64,000 bases of DNA from Nitrosopumilaceae archaeon. Its GTDB lineage: Archaea > Thermoproteota > Nitrososphaeria > Nitrososphaerales > Nitrosopumilaceae. The stretch is taken from positions 2,976,001 to 3,040,000 of the forward strand of contig CBDCCK010000002.1 of the NCBI GenBank assembly GCA_965214835.1, given 5' to 3'. Below are positions 1-10,391 of the stretch, one piece after another. The first letter of the stretch is position 1, and each line of letters starts with the position of its first letter. A program made the position numbers and the translations under genes. The notes under the pieces are model-generated. The model worked only from the letters and a program-made list of their open reading frames with translations. It made no database searches and was not told the DNA's origin.

Positions 1-1037
1 GGGTTGCCCGGATCGGTGACATCTATGATCTGGAGTCCGTTGTCCTCTTGGGCTGCCACCGCCGCGTATACGCTCGAGCCAAGCCTGAATATATCCACGC
101 CGCTGGCCCCGTCAAGCCGCAGGTCGCCTCCGTCTGCCAGCTTGCCGGCAGCCGACGGATTGTCGGGATCAGAGACGTCTATGATCTGGAGTCCGTCCTC
201 GCGATGCGATGCTACTGCCACGTATGTGGAGCCGCCCGTCTCGAAGGTGGCCACGTCCCGGATTCCGTTGAGCAGCAGGTCGCCGCTGTCTGTCAGACTC
301 CCGACAACCTCAAAGGTGCTTGCGGAGCTTTCGGGATTGGAGACGTCTATGATCTGGAGTCCCTGGGCCCAGGAGGCCACCACCGCGTATATGGAGCCTC
401 CCGTCTTGAAGGTGTCCACATCGACGGTGTTGCGGAGATCCGGTGCCAGTAGCTGTCCGAAGGGGATGGGATTGCCGGGATTGCTGAGGCTCACAAGCCG
501 AAGACCGCCGGTATGCTGGGAGGTGGCCAGCACGTATGGGGTTCCGCCGGCCGAATGAAAAACGGTCACGGAGCTGGCACCGTCTAATTGAATCGAGGGC
601 GACGTACTGTCTGACAGCCGTGAGACCGAGACAGGGCGGGCAGGATTGGTGACTTCGAATATGTCGATGCCGTCCTCGCCATGTGAGGTGACGACAGCGT
701 AGATCTTGTTGTTTCTAGTGAACGTATTCACAGAGGTAGCTGCATCAAGCAGCAGGGCGCCGCCGTTGGCGACCTGTCCAACGCCGGTCGGACTGGTCGG
801 ATCGGCGATATCCACAATCTGGAGGCCGTCCTCGTTGTTGGAGACGGCTGCAGTATAGATCGTGCCGTTTACAGTAAAGACATCTACTCCCCTGATTTGA
901 CCAAGCAGCAGATCGCTGCTATCTGCCAGACTCCCGACGGCGGTCAGATTCACCGAGGCCTGCTGTGCGTATGCCTCCTGCACGCCACCGGCGGCGGCCA
1001 TGCCAGAGACGGCGGCCGCAATGAACACGAGATACAT
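1..1037 (-). CDS. Secreted LVIVD-repeat (beta-propeller) surface protein, runs off the left edge
   Basis: Not in the ORF track because no stop lies in the window. Hand translation: MYLVFIAAAVSGMAAAGGVQEAYA|QQ (signal peptide), then repeated DGLQIVDIADP / GLQIIDVSNP / GLQIIDVSDP / GLQIIDVTDP units. The + ORF 4..558 is its antisense shadow. Confidence 0.85.
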   Translation of the reverse strand, partial: MYLVFIAAAVSGMAAAGGVQEAYAQQASVNLTAVGSLADSSDLLLGQIRGVDVFTVNGTIYTAAVSNNEDGLQIVDIADPTSPTGVGQVANGGALLLDAATSVNTFTRNNKIYAVVTSHGEDGIDIFEVTNPARPVSVSRLSDSTSPSIQLDGASSVTVFHSAGGTPYVLATSQHTGGLRLVSLSNPGNPIPFGQLLAPDLRNTVDVDTFKTGGSIYAVVASWAQGLQIIDVSNPESSASTFEVVGSLTDSGDLLLNGIRDVATFETGGSTYVAVASHREDGLQIIDVSDPDNPSAAGKLADGGDLRLDGASGVDIFRLGSSVYAAVAAQEDNGLQIIDVTDPGN

Positions 1038-1227
1038 GGAGGCAGTATGCACATGGATCCGACGGGACGGATGCGGCCGTATCGAAGCTACGGCAGGTCA
1101 CCCCCCCCCCCAAGCGATCAGGGGAACTTTAGCAGGGGCGTCCTGCCTCATGACAGCATGTAAAGCGCTCATTCTGATGTCATGGTTAAATCTAGTATTA
1201 TTATTAAAGATATACTTGAAGGGGGGG

Positions 1228-2877
1228 GTACGAGTTTACCCCTCAGGCGACGCTGCCAGTCAGGGTCTTGACGAGCATTTCCCTCACGCCGCACCCCCGG
1301 GCGCGCCAATTCATCGCGCACGTCATCAATACGGTGAACATCTCCATGCCTTCCATGGTACGGAGTCCTTGGAATACCTTGCGCGCAATTACGGACGGCC
1401 TCAGCATGCGCTCGGCCAGGTTGTTGGTGGGCTCCATGCCTGGATGCAATGTGAACGTGTAGAGAAATTCCGAGGCGTTCCCAAGCTTTGTGGCAAAGCT
1501 CTCGCATCCGGCCTCCCTGCCGAATGCCTCGGCCAGCCCGCGCGTTTCTGCCACCAGCATGTCGTGCCGGGCGGCGCCCTCCTCCTCCGGCGGCCCCAGC
1601 CCCTTGGCATGGATGAACTTTTTCTTGAGTGTACCATACAGCGCGTGGGCCTTCCGGGAGGTCTTGCCGGCCTCCCTGGCCTCCCGGAGTATGTGTGCCC
1701 AGCACCACTGCCTGGTCTTGAATGCGGCGTATACGCCGTACCCGTCGACTGTGACCGGTTTGTCATAATACGGAAAGTTCATGTCAACTACGGCCCTGCC
1801 CCTACTGGGTGCGGCCAGCGTGTGGACGCCGGCGACGGTGCCGTCCCTGTTCCTGCCCACGACCACCCATATGCGGGCCGTCCTGCCGTTGTATGGCATG
1901 GCAGTCTCGTCAATATGCAGATAATCAGAATCCCTGATGGCCTGCCTGATGCTCTCTACGCCGGGCTTTATCGCATTGGCGCCGGCCCTCAGGCACTGCA
2001 GCACGCCTGCCTCTGACACTTCTATGCCTAGGATTTCTGAGCACAGTGTGGCCGTGGCCTGTATGGAGGCAGGTGCCACGCGTATTGCGGCCATCATCCC
2101 CGTGATGTTTGGTCCAAACTCGGTTCCCGGCACGTTCCATGACCTGTCGTCTTCGATGCACATGTTGCCACAGTCGGCGCATTTGCGCCTGTATGCGGTG
2201 TGCTGTGTCGTGACCGGCTCGGGCCTCTTGGGGGTATCGGTCACAAGCTTGGAGAAGATCTTTTTCGGCTTCTTCATGTTGGTGCTGCCGCACTTGCCGC
2301 ACTTTTTGGGGTAGTGCTTTACAAACAAGGTCGGTTTTCTGGCGTGTGAGACCCCCTCGTGTCCCTGTCTGCGGCCCGGCTTTGCCTTTGCAGGTGCCGG
2401 TACATTACCTGATGCCTTTGCCGCGGCGGCCTTTTTCTGCCGGGTAGGAATAGAGTTCTGCGATGAGGGGGTGTGAGGGTTTTCGTAATATCTGATGTGC
2501 TGTCTGAGCTGCTGGTTTTCTGCTTCCAGTGCCGCGGTTTGCGCGTCAGGTGCCGTCCCTCCCCGGGGTTCGCCCTCTGGCCACCCTGGGGCGGGCCCCT
2601 TTTGCTTGAACCAGTTGATCTGTGCTGTCTGCATCAGGATTGTCACCGAGGCCTCGGCCAGCTGTTCGGCAAGCCCGACTATTGCCCGATCCCTGTCTGC
2701 GATGATTCCATCCTTCTTGTCTGATTCGGCTATGACGCGGGCCAGCTCGTCGCGCAGTATCTTGATCTCTGAATCAGGCAATGAATACAGGTGTGGTCTT
2801 GACGTATATGGATCCAGATGGTGATCAAAAGTTGGCCTCGTACTCAACCTAAACTATAGGGAGGGGTAAACTCATAC
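1228..2877 (-). mobile_element. IS66-family element (single-ORF type), apparently intact
   Basis: TIRs GTACGAGTTTACCCCTC / GAGGGGTAAACTCATAC; 9-bp direct repeat AAGGGGGGG on both sides. Confidence 0.9.
1243..2847 (-). CDS. IS66 transposase (534 aa)
   Basis: Coiled coil, YYENPHTPSS, KPG..GH.G, CxxC..CxxC zinc finger, HIDET, VDGY, QWCWAH, EPTNNLAERMLRP. Confidence 0.92.
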   Translation of the reverse strand: MSTRPTFDHHLDPYTSRPHLYSLPDSEIKILRDELARVIAESDKKDGIIADRDRAIVGLAEQLAEASVTILMQTAQINWFKQKGPAPGWPEGEPRGGTAPDAQTAALEAENQQLRQHIRYYENPHTPSSQNSIPTRQKKAAAAKASGNVPAPAKAKPGRRQGHEGVSHARKPTLFVKHYPKKCGKCGSTNMKKPKKIFSKLVTDTPKRPEPVTTQHTAYRRKCADCGNMCIEDDRSWNVPGTEFGPNITGMMAAIRVAPASIQATATLCSEILGIEVSEAGVLQCLRAGANAIKPGVESIRQAIRDSDYLHIDETAMPYNGRTARIWVVVGRNRDGTVAGVHTLAAPSRGRAVVDMNFPYYDKPVTVDGYGVYAAFKTRQWCWAHILREAREAGKTSRKAHALYGTLKKKFIHAKGLGPPEEEGAARHDMLVAETRGLAEAFGREAGCESFATKLGNASEFLYTFTLHPGMEPTNNLAERMLRPSVIARKVFQGLRTMEGMEMFTVLMTCAMNWRARGCGVREMLVKTLTGSVA

Positions 2878-2882
2878 AAGGG

Positions 2883-4075
2883 GGGGCTGTCCAAAAAATT
2901 TCCGCAAAATGACAGCCAAGATTGTAGATCATGGGCGCACCACCAAAAACGATTTTGATCAGCCGATCCTGGATATCCCAATGAGCAACGACAGAAAGAA
3001 CACGGACTACAACCGCCTCTACGAGCAAAGGGGCGGGCAGGAGAGCTCCCGCAGGAAGAGGGCAAGGAAGAGCATGGGAGGGATCGTACGCAGTGTGGCC
3101 AGGAAGATGGCGGCCGAGACGGGAATCGACGCCGGCCTTGCGTGGTCTGCCATACGCATCGCGATCCTCAGGATCGAAAACGGCCTGTCCTACAGGAGGA
3201 TGGCCACGCATCTGGAGACAAACCCTGACGATCTCAGGAGGTGCGGCCTGAACTATGCGCCCTAAGTCCACCCTGCACAACAGGGTGAAGATGCTCGGGG
3301 ACATGGGCAAGGACTTTATGGACGAGGTCATGCTGGCCATGTCCGAGGGCGAGTACACAGTGGACCTGCACGGCGACTCGACGGGATTCGGCCTCCGCAA
3401 GTACAAGAGCTGGAGCCACGCAAAACACAGGGAGGTGACGGGGCACGACTTTGCAAAACTGCACGTAATAGGCGCAATCGGAGGCAGGATACTGTCATTT
3501 GAGGCCACGCCGGGCACGTCAGGCGACTCGCCGGAGTTTGCCCACATGATCGGCCGCATCCCCAAGGGCGGGTACGGAATCGTGGCGCTGGATTCGGCAT
3601 ACGACTCTACAAAAACTGCGAGCTGATTGCAGAGGGCGGCCACGGACCTATCATAAAGCCGGCAAAGGGGCATGGGAAGCCACACGGGTTCATCGCACGG
3701 GCCAGGATGCTGCAGTGGCTACGTGTCAGGCCAGACGAGTTCTGGCGCACCTATCACAAGAGGAGCCAGGCAGAGTCCCTGTTCTCGTCAATGAAGGAAA
3801 GGACTGGATCCGTCCTGCGTGCAAAGCTGGACGGAACCATCACTGTAGAGCTGTGCGCTCGCGTGCTGTGCTACAACCTTACGGTATAATTTTTTTATCA
3901 GAATCCCGTACTGTTGAACCGCAACACTACCGTAAGGTATGGTTCGCATGGATATTTGCGTTGCTGTATGCGCCGTTCTGGCCGTCCGGGGCCTCCAAAC
4001 GCCCCCGTATTGCCATCTAAAACCGCTCGCATCGGGGGCAGGCGGACAGCCTGTAGGAAAAAATTGGACAACCCC
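2883..4075 (+). mobile_element. IS5-family element (IS903/ISH1-like) with frameshifted transposase (2909..3889)
   Basis: TIRs GGGG(C/T)TGTCCAA; flanks CTTGAAGGG / CTTGGAGGG once the IS66 is removed; three ORF pieces carry GDSTGF, KLH, ALDSAYDS, YHKRSQAESLFS. Confidence 0.8.
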
Positions 4076-4082
4076 CTTGGAG

Positions 4083-5263
4083 GGTTCTGTACAATCTTCG
4101 ACACCTGAAATATGGATCTTCTCCTGATTGAAAATTTTAGCCTAGACAGAGTCCTTGCTCAGGCCGGCGTTCTGGATTATCGTCTTCCACTTGTTCGTAC
4201 CGTCCACGCCTACCATGGCCGATTCTGCCGGCGTCTGGCCGTCCAGTGCACCGTGCTTTTTTGTGAAATTATAGTATACCCTCATTCCGTCAAGTATGGC
4301 AGTATCCATCTTCTTGAGGCCCCGGAACACCTTCTCGCGGTCTCTGATCTCGCCGTTGAGCCTCTCCATCCTGTTGTTGTTATCGCGGTCTCTTTTTCCT
4401 GCCAGATGGATGTGCTTCACGTGGTTTGTACCCTTGCCGAACACCCTCCTTGAGGACTTGGCATAGGCCGGCAGGCCGTCCGTGATGAAGTTCGTGGGAG
4501 ATTTTCCGGCCTGTGACTTTGTAAGCTGTAGCAGGCTGTCCGCATTGTGCTGGAACTTGTTGTCTGCCAGGTCCGAGGCCAGCCAGTAGCGCGTATCGTC
4601 GTCCATCGAGGCGAACAGATAGCACTGTTTCCCGGATATCTTTACCCGCACCTCGTCGGCACGGAACCAGCTGCCGACCCGTGGAACTATTCCATTGAGG
4701 TATCTGGCCGCAAGTCTGGAGTACTCGTCAACCCAGTTGTATATGGTCCTGAAGGACACATCGGTTCCCATCATCTCATAATGATCCGCCATATCCCGTA
4801 CCGACATTCCCGTATAGTACATCTGCAATGCCCCTGTAATGATGCCCTCATCATACTGCTTCCTCTCAAACCCAAAGTTTGTAGTAAACTCCCTTTTGCA
4901 GTCCTTGCACTTGAATTTCTGTAGATTACCCGACTTGTTCTTTCAAAGTCCCTTCCTGGTGATGCTGCCAGAGTCGCAGAATTTGCACAGGTCAAGCCTG
5001 CCCCGTTCCATGATTCTGAGTCCGTCGTGTCCGAACACGTTTCTTCTGACATACTCCAGTATGACCTTGATGTGCTTGCAGTCTGCCTTTCGGTTCCGGT
5101 GATCCGGACACTCGCAGACAAGCCCGCTGCCGGTCCTGGATACGGTGTAGAACTTGGATGGGTCGGACTGCGACCCTACCCTGAAGTCGTTGGTGCCGAT
5201 GATCTGGGTGGCGTGGCCGGGAGTTTCCATGATCTGCCTTGCTCTTTGCATTCTTGCGTTCAT
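4083..5263 (-). pseudogene. IS6/IS240-type transposase with N-terminal SWIM zinc finger, frameshifted
   Basis: CECPDH..CKH SWIM motif in 4943..5263; RADE, FITDGL and NNRMERLNGEIRDR in 4142..4828; terminal IR GGTTCTGTACAATCTT at 4083. Confidence 0.85.
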
Positions 5264-5335
5264 GCTATACTATAGTGTCCATTTCATATATAGTTATCAC
5301 TATATAGGACAAACTATATAACAGGATTGTTTAGC

Positions 5336-5488
5336 ATGTACTCTGTGAACAAACCAGTTACAGTAACAATGTGGAAACATACCTGCGAAAGATGCAATCA
5401 CACGTGGACCACCCGGAATGAGTTGCCCGGAAACTGCAGGGGATGTAATTCCCCATACTGGAATAAAAAAAGGGTAAGACGCAGCTAA
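5336..5488 (+). CDS. 50-aa zinc-ribbon microprotein divergent from the IS6 transposase
   Basis: Hand translation MYSVNKPVTVTMWKHTCERCNHTWTTRNELPGNCRGCNSPYWNKKRVRRS* (two CxxC); below the ORF-track length cutoff. Confidence 0.7.
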   Translation: MYSVNKPVTVTMWKHTCERCNHTWTTRNELPGNCRGCNSPYWNKKRVRRS

Positions 5489-5549
5489 GTGAAATGTAAA
5501 CGAGGTTGTTGTGTTTGCCTTGTTATTGAGGCGTCGCGCCTCCTGCCCA
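5482..5549. mobile_element. ISH3-type terminal fragment
   Basis: CAGCTAAGTGAAA terminus; resembles the MITE at 32649..32758. Confidence 0.6.
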
Positions 5550-5550
5550 G

Positions 5551-6070
5551 TAGACTTTATGCGTAATTGGCTCATTTGATCTAAAAATACGACACAACAG
5601 ATCATGATTTGTATACCTACAACCACAAAGATCAGTATGATTCTTTGACGGTATGAGTTCAAATGACAACCTTCTCCAATCACTACAAGAGCAAAACAAG
5701 GGGGCTAGTCAAGCAAAACAAACAGGTTTGCAAGCAAAACGAGCAGCTAGAGAGATGGCTTACCTTCGAGGACTCACTGTGGCAGTCCGAGGAAAACAAG
5801 ATGGAAAGAACCGTGCGCGGCGGCCGGGCGTTGCGGATGCACGCAATCGGGCTTGCAGACGGCATAATCGGCGACCCGGCGCGCCTTTGTAGCGTCACGG
5901 GATGCACAAAAGAGTCGTGTGAGATTGTGCTGGAGCGCTTTACGAAGGAAGTCATGGATGACGGGGGCAGGCCCATATTCTGGGAGGACGACATGAACCG
6001 CAGCGATGCGGGAAACCGGTGCAGGCTACACGTCAGGCACGCGCTGCTTGTTGTATTGTACGAAAATTAG
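5551..6070 (+). pseudogene. Truncated copy of the 383-aa IS5/ISL2-type transposase
   Basis: AGACTTTATGCGTAAT terminus; translation matches the N-terminus of 30298..31449 with a frameshift. Confidence 0.85.
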
Positions 6071-6106
6071 GTCGCACTAATTTGAGGAGGGTTGCAAAGG
6101 ATTACT

Positions 6107-6327
6107 GTACGAGGTGTAATAGGTTAGCCCCTGCCTAGGCGGCAATCAGGCGCGAATCTGCCTGCAGTTGTGATTTTCATGCCTGGCCAGCAGGGGGCGT
6201 GACTCCAACTCTAAGCAGGGGCTAACCTGTTACTACGAGGTCACCCACTCCCCGCCCCCCAGTCAGGCACGAATTGGCAAGTATAATTGTGATTTTCATG
6301 CCTGGCCAGCAGGGGGAAGCCTCATAC
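6107..6327. mobile_element. IS66-type MITE (GTAYGWGGTCAC family) containing a nested 118-bp GTAACAGG-family MITE (6116..6233)
   Basis: Nested MITE flanked by 8-bp TSD TACGAGGT. Confidence 0.85.
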
Positions 6328-6336
6328 GCTGAGAAG

Positions 6337-7044
6337 CTATGCCTCTTTTTCTGCCTTGGCTATGAAGACATAATTCATGATCAGTCCTGCAACGATGCCG
6401 CCTACAATCGGGGCTGCCCAGTACAGCCAATGGAACTCCCAGAATCCAGAGATCAGTGCGGGGCCGAATGTTCTTGCTGGGTTGACGGATGCGCCGGTAA
6501 GGGGTACTGCCACCAAGTGAATTAGGAACACCATCCCGCCTATTGTGAATCCGTGCCATCCAGGGGAGGCCTTTTTGTGAACCGCAGTCATAAAGATTAC
6601 CGTAACTAGGAAGAACGTCAGAATCGCCTCCACTGCAAACCCCGAGCCGACACTGTGGTTTAGCAGCTCGCTTGGGCCGCCCTGCGTTGCAAAGTTGACC
6701 CGGGCCCCAAGCTCAGGCAGGATTGCCTTGAGTGAGGCAGCCGCAGCTATCGCACCGATTAGCTGAAACACGACATACATTACGCCGTCGGCGACTCCGA
6801 TCTTTTTTGTAATCATCATGGGTATCGTGACTGCCGGGTTGATGTGGGCGCCAGACACGTGGCCAAACGCATAGATCATCAATGCGATTGCGCCTCCGTG
6901 TCCCAAGGAGATGAACAGGACCGATATGGTGGTCAGTTCCTCGCCAAAGGAGGCGATCGCCAGGATTACGGACAGGGGGCCGAAGAATACCAGACCGTAT
7001 GTAGATATTGCCTCTGCCAGCCACGCCCTCGGATTGACCATCAA
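6337..7044 (-). CDS. Aquaporin (MIP family)
   Basis: HVSGAHINPA and GASVNPARTFGP NPA motifs; six hydrophobic segments. Confidence 0.95.
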   Translation of the reverse strand: MMVNPRAWLAEAISTYGLVFFGPLSVILAIASFGEELTTISVLFISLGHGGAIALMIYAFGHVSGAHINPAVTIPMMITKKIGVADGVMYVVFQLIGAIAAAASLKAILPELGARVNFATQGGPSELLNHSVGSGFAVEAILTFFLVTVIFMTAVHKKASPGWHGFTIGGMVFLIHLVAVPLTGASVNPARTFGPALISGFWEFHWLYWAAPIVGGIVAGLIMNYVFIAKAEKEA

Positions 7045-7144
7045 CGTTGAGCCTTGATCTGCTCCATTTAAAAGATTCGAATGAACCTGCCGTATGAAAC
7101 AGGACGGTAAAATAATTAATTACAGGCATAGGTTGCAGAGTCAT

Positions 7145-7600
7145 ATGATCAAGGAAGGCCAGAGGGTGCCAAAATTTGAGCTAAAGGACGCAGACGGCAG
7201 GACCGTAAGATCATCGGACTTTAAGGGCAAAAAGCACGTGCTTTACTTTTATCCAAAGGACTTTACGCCGGGATGCACCACAGAGGCCGACGAGTTCTCA
7301 ATGGACTATCCAAAGTTCAAAGAGGCCGGAATAGAGGTAATCGGGATCAGTCCGGACGACGTGGAGTCGCACAGGAGGTTCTGCGACAAGATGGGCATCA
7401 GGTTCCCGCTTTTGGCAGACACCCAGAAGGAGGCATCAAAGGCATTCGGGGTGTGGGGGCTCAAGAAATTCATGGGCCGAGAATACATGGGTGTCATGCG
7501 GAGTACGTTTTTGGTAGACGAGGGGGGAAGGATCTTCCGGGTGTTTCCCAAGGTAAGGCCCGCAGGCCACGCAAAGGAGGTGCTAGAGTCGTTTGCGTAG
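7145..7600 (+). CDS. bcp: BCP-type peroxiredoxin
   Basis: LYFYPKDFTPGCTTEA motif; likely start MIKEGQ at 7145. Confidence 0.93.
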   Translation: MIKEGQRVPKFELKDADGRTVRSSDFKGKKHVLYFYPKDFTPGCTTEADEFSMDYPKFKEAGIEVIGISPDDVESHRRFCDKMGIRFPLLADTQKEASKAFGVWGLKKFMGREYMGVMRSTFLVDEGGRIFRVFPKVRPAGHAKEVLESFA

Positions 7601-8221
7601 AGAATGGACAAAGGGGGTTTTCATGGAGGCGCAATTGCACGTGCCAGAATGCACCATTCTGGCTTGGCCATTTGTGAGAAGCACTGGCTGGCCCGATTAG
7701 CTCCTGTGCCTGCCTTTGTCTGACTCTGCCTGTTCGGCCAGCTTTACCAGATTGTTCTTGGTGCGCTCCCTTTGATTTTGGGATACTCGTCGTACGTCTT
7801 TCCGTTGATCCCCCGCCGGCGGGGTTTGGGCTCATACCGCCCCACTGCTTGAAGAGTGCCGGTGCCTTTTGTCTTCTGCACTGCATGAGGCCTGACGCCC
7901 ATTCGTGCCTTACATCCCTGAAACCCGCACCGCTCTTGCCCCCGATTACATCCCAGTCCATGCTTGTCAGATCAGCACCCTCCATGCTTCAGCAAAGTCG
8001 GAGCCTGCAAAGCGTGCATAGTACACACATCAAAAATTGCAGTAACAGCTCGGGCTCTGGAAGATGTTCCTGATTCCAGGCATGAATCTGTTTGATCGGG
8101 CTCTGGAAGCTGAATTTTGACACAATCTGCCATGTTTTCGGGGATCCGGATTGCAGCGGCACTGGACTGGAACCGAATCCGTGTATCGCACACCGTTTAC
8201 GGCCGTCATCATCATGTCATC

Positions 8222-8351
8222 GGGGTTGTCGCCTAATTCATCAGAATTCCTGAAAACCATACGATGCCATCCGGATCTAGGCGTGCAAGAGGGACGGAAG
8301 TTCAGAAAAACGTGCAGATTGAGCCAGATAGGTGAATTAGGCGACAACCCC
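8222..8351. mobile_element. 130-bp MITE, GGGGTTGTCGCCTAATTC family
   Basis: Perfect 19-bp TIR; homologous copies at 34323 and 34471. Confidence 0.85.
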
Positions 8352-8683
8352 TGCCGCACCAGTATAATTTGCGAAAGGCCGGGCGCAGATCCCAGGGGTG
8401 CTGGGTGTCACGCATGGGACTAGAAGGCTGTGACCGCATGGGGCATACAGGTAGGCAGCTGCCGGTGCAAGGGAGGCAAGGCCATGAGGTGGACTCTTCC
8501 GACGGGAGTCCGTGCAACAGGACAGTGCGGTTTTGTGCCCCAGGAGCTTTGCCCCGGATCGAGCCACGCAGAGTCATTTTATATACTGGTTTGGCGTACT
8601 GTGGTCACCGTATTTGAAACCTCCGAACCATCCGTGATGGGTAATCAGGGGCATGATTGTGGATACGGCCTCATCTTTGAATT

Positions 8684-8801
8684 GTAACAGGTTAGCCCCC
8701 GCCTAGGCAGCAATCAGGCGCGAATCTGCCTGCAGTTGTGATTTTCATGCCTGACCGGCAAGGGACGCAACTCCAACTCTAGGCAGGGGCTAACCTGTTA
8801 C
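8684..8801. mobile_element. 118-bp IS66-type MITE (GTAACAGGTTAGCCCC family)
   Basis: Long TIR; 8-bp TSD TTTGAATT. Confidence 0.92.
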
Positions 8802-9074
8802 TTTGAATTCTATCCATTCCCCCCTGATCCATTCTACGGAATCCAGACGGATTGCCCCGTCCGGCTCTGTTTGACCATGCACTAGGATCGGCTGGCATGC
8901 ATGTGCACTTGGCCGCATGATCATGGGCTGTCATCTGAGACAAATCCATGACGGCCGGCATCGCATTGAAGGCCGGCATCGCATTGAAGGCCGGCCTTTG
9001 ACTTGCCATGCGTCTGACCGGATTCACTGATCCTTCCACGCCGGTTTGGGCAGCAGGCAGCCTGTCTCATCTCG

Positions 9075-9096
9075 ATAAGAAAAGAAAGAAAAAAGA
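9075..9096 (-). terminator. Pyrimidine/U-rich archaeal terminator
   Basis: TCTTTTTTTCTTTCTTTTCTT just downstream of the stop at 9116; a similar tract at ~10358-10379 follows the paralogue. Confidence 0.5.
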
Positions 9097-9115
9097 TGCC
9101 GGATTTGAAGTACGG

Positions 9116-10198
9116 CTAGAATCCCTTTGGCAGTGTTCCTCGTTGTTTGGGAGCATCCTCTTTTGGAGCTTCCTTTGGAGCTTCCTTTGGAGTCTCTTCA
9201 GCTGGTGCTGGAGGCGTAAAGCCTTTTGGCAGTGTTCCTCGTTGTTTGGGAGCCTCTTCAGCTGGTGCTGGAGGCGTAAAGCCTTTTGGCAGGGTACCGC
9301 GGGCCCGGGAGGCTGCGGCTTGTGCTTCTGCAGCTGCTGCTGCGGCAGCTGCTGCCTCTGCGTCTGCCTTTTGCTGTTCCAGTCTTTGAAGATAGTCCCT
9401 TTCATAGTCTTCAAGTTGTTCCTGTTTTGACTTGCCTTCTGAGCTGGCCTGGGCCGCCTGTACTTGCGGCGGCGGAGTCTCCTTTGGCTTTGGGGCCTCT
9501 GCCGGAGGCGGAGCCTGCTGGGCCTCGGTCCCGGACGGGACTCCGTCTACCTGCATATCATATCCGGTGAATGCCTTCTCCGGGGGGTGGTATGCCAGCC
9601 TTGCCCTCGTTGCAAAGTACTGGTTTGAGGGCTGCGTATAGCCGGTTACCTTGGCCTTTTGCTCGTGCCAGCTTGCCGTTGCGACCTTTCCTACCGGGGC
9701 GGTTCTCCTGACAAAGTAGCGGTTTGCCGCCGGGGTATAGCCGGTGACCTTGGCCCGATACTGATGAAAGTCAGTCATTGCCGCGTTTTGGTATGCATGC
9801 TCCAGTGCAGCATTGATTGCTGCAGGGGCGTTACCTCCGGCCGGCCCTGGTGGGGCCTGCTCTACCTTTGGAGGCTCCATTCCCTTGGGCAGGCTGCCCC
9901 GCTCCCTGGCAGGCTCTGCCGGTTTTGGGGCAGGCTTGGCCGGTTCGGCTGGTTTTGTCTCTGCCGGTTTTGGGGCAGGCTTGGCCGGTTCGGCTGGTTT
10001 TGTCTCTGCCGGTTTTGGGGCAGGCTTGGCCGGCCTTGTCTCGATTTGAGCAGTCAGATTGGATAGTTTCTTTTCTAGCTGGTCAATCTTATCCTGAAGA
10101 TCCTTCTTGGTCTGGTGTGTAGATGTCTTTTTCGTGGTTTTACGTGTAGATGTCTTTTTCGTGGTTTTACGTGTAGATGTCTTTTTCTTAGTAGCCAT
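9116..10198 (-). CDS. Low-complexity Pro/Ala/Lys-rich protein with conserved KVTGY-repeat core and RGTLPKGF motifs (long paralogue)
   Basis: N-terminal KKTSTRKTT repeats, coiled coil, AETKPAEPAKPAPKP repeats, 4 RG(T/S)LPKG motifs. From memory it resembles a Nitrosopumilus hypothetical family loosely labelled trans-sialidase. Likely start 10198. Confidence 0.85.
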   Translation of the reverse strand: MATKKKTSTRKTTKKTSTRKTTKKTSTHQTKKDLQDKIDQLEKKLSNLTAQIETRPAKPAPKPAETKPAEPAKPAPKPAETKPAEPAKPAPKPAEPARERGSLPKGMEPPKVEQAPPGPAGGNAPAAINAALEHAYQNAAMTDFHQYRAKVTGYTPAANRYFVRRTAPVGKVATASWHEQKAKVTGYTQPSNQYFATRARLAYHPPEKAFTGYDMQVDGVPSGTEAQQAPPPAEAPKPKETPPPQVQAAQASSEGKSKQEQLEDYERDYLQRLEQQKADAEAAAAAAAAAEAQAAASRARGTLPKGFTPPAPAEEAPKQRGTLPKGFTPPAPAEETPKEAPKEAPKEDAPKQRGTLPKGF

Positions 10199-10391
10199 GT
10201 GAATTTTATACACAACGCATGGTTTATTTACATTTTGATCACCAGTAGATCCCAGATCAACATATTTCTGGAAACAAAACCATTGTTTGCAAAAAATATA
10301 ACAATATGACTGGAAGTGTAAATTATTTGGACGGCCGGATCTGGCCTAGGATGCTGGAAAAAGAGAAAATAGGAAAAGATATCCCCCTAGG

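Noticed and set aside
4-558. Plus-strand repeat protein (184 aa)
   Set aside because: Antisense shadow of the LVIVD gene.
7620-8680. Short ORFs between bcp and the paralogue pair
   Set aside because: Mosaic of MITE and decayed IS-like fragments with no credible coding signal.
8954-8996. 18-bp tandem duplication GGCCGGCATCGCATTGAA
   Set aside because: Only about two copies, intergenic, no supporting context.
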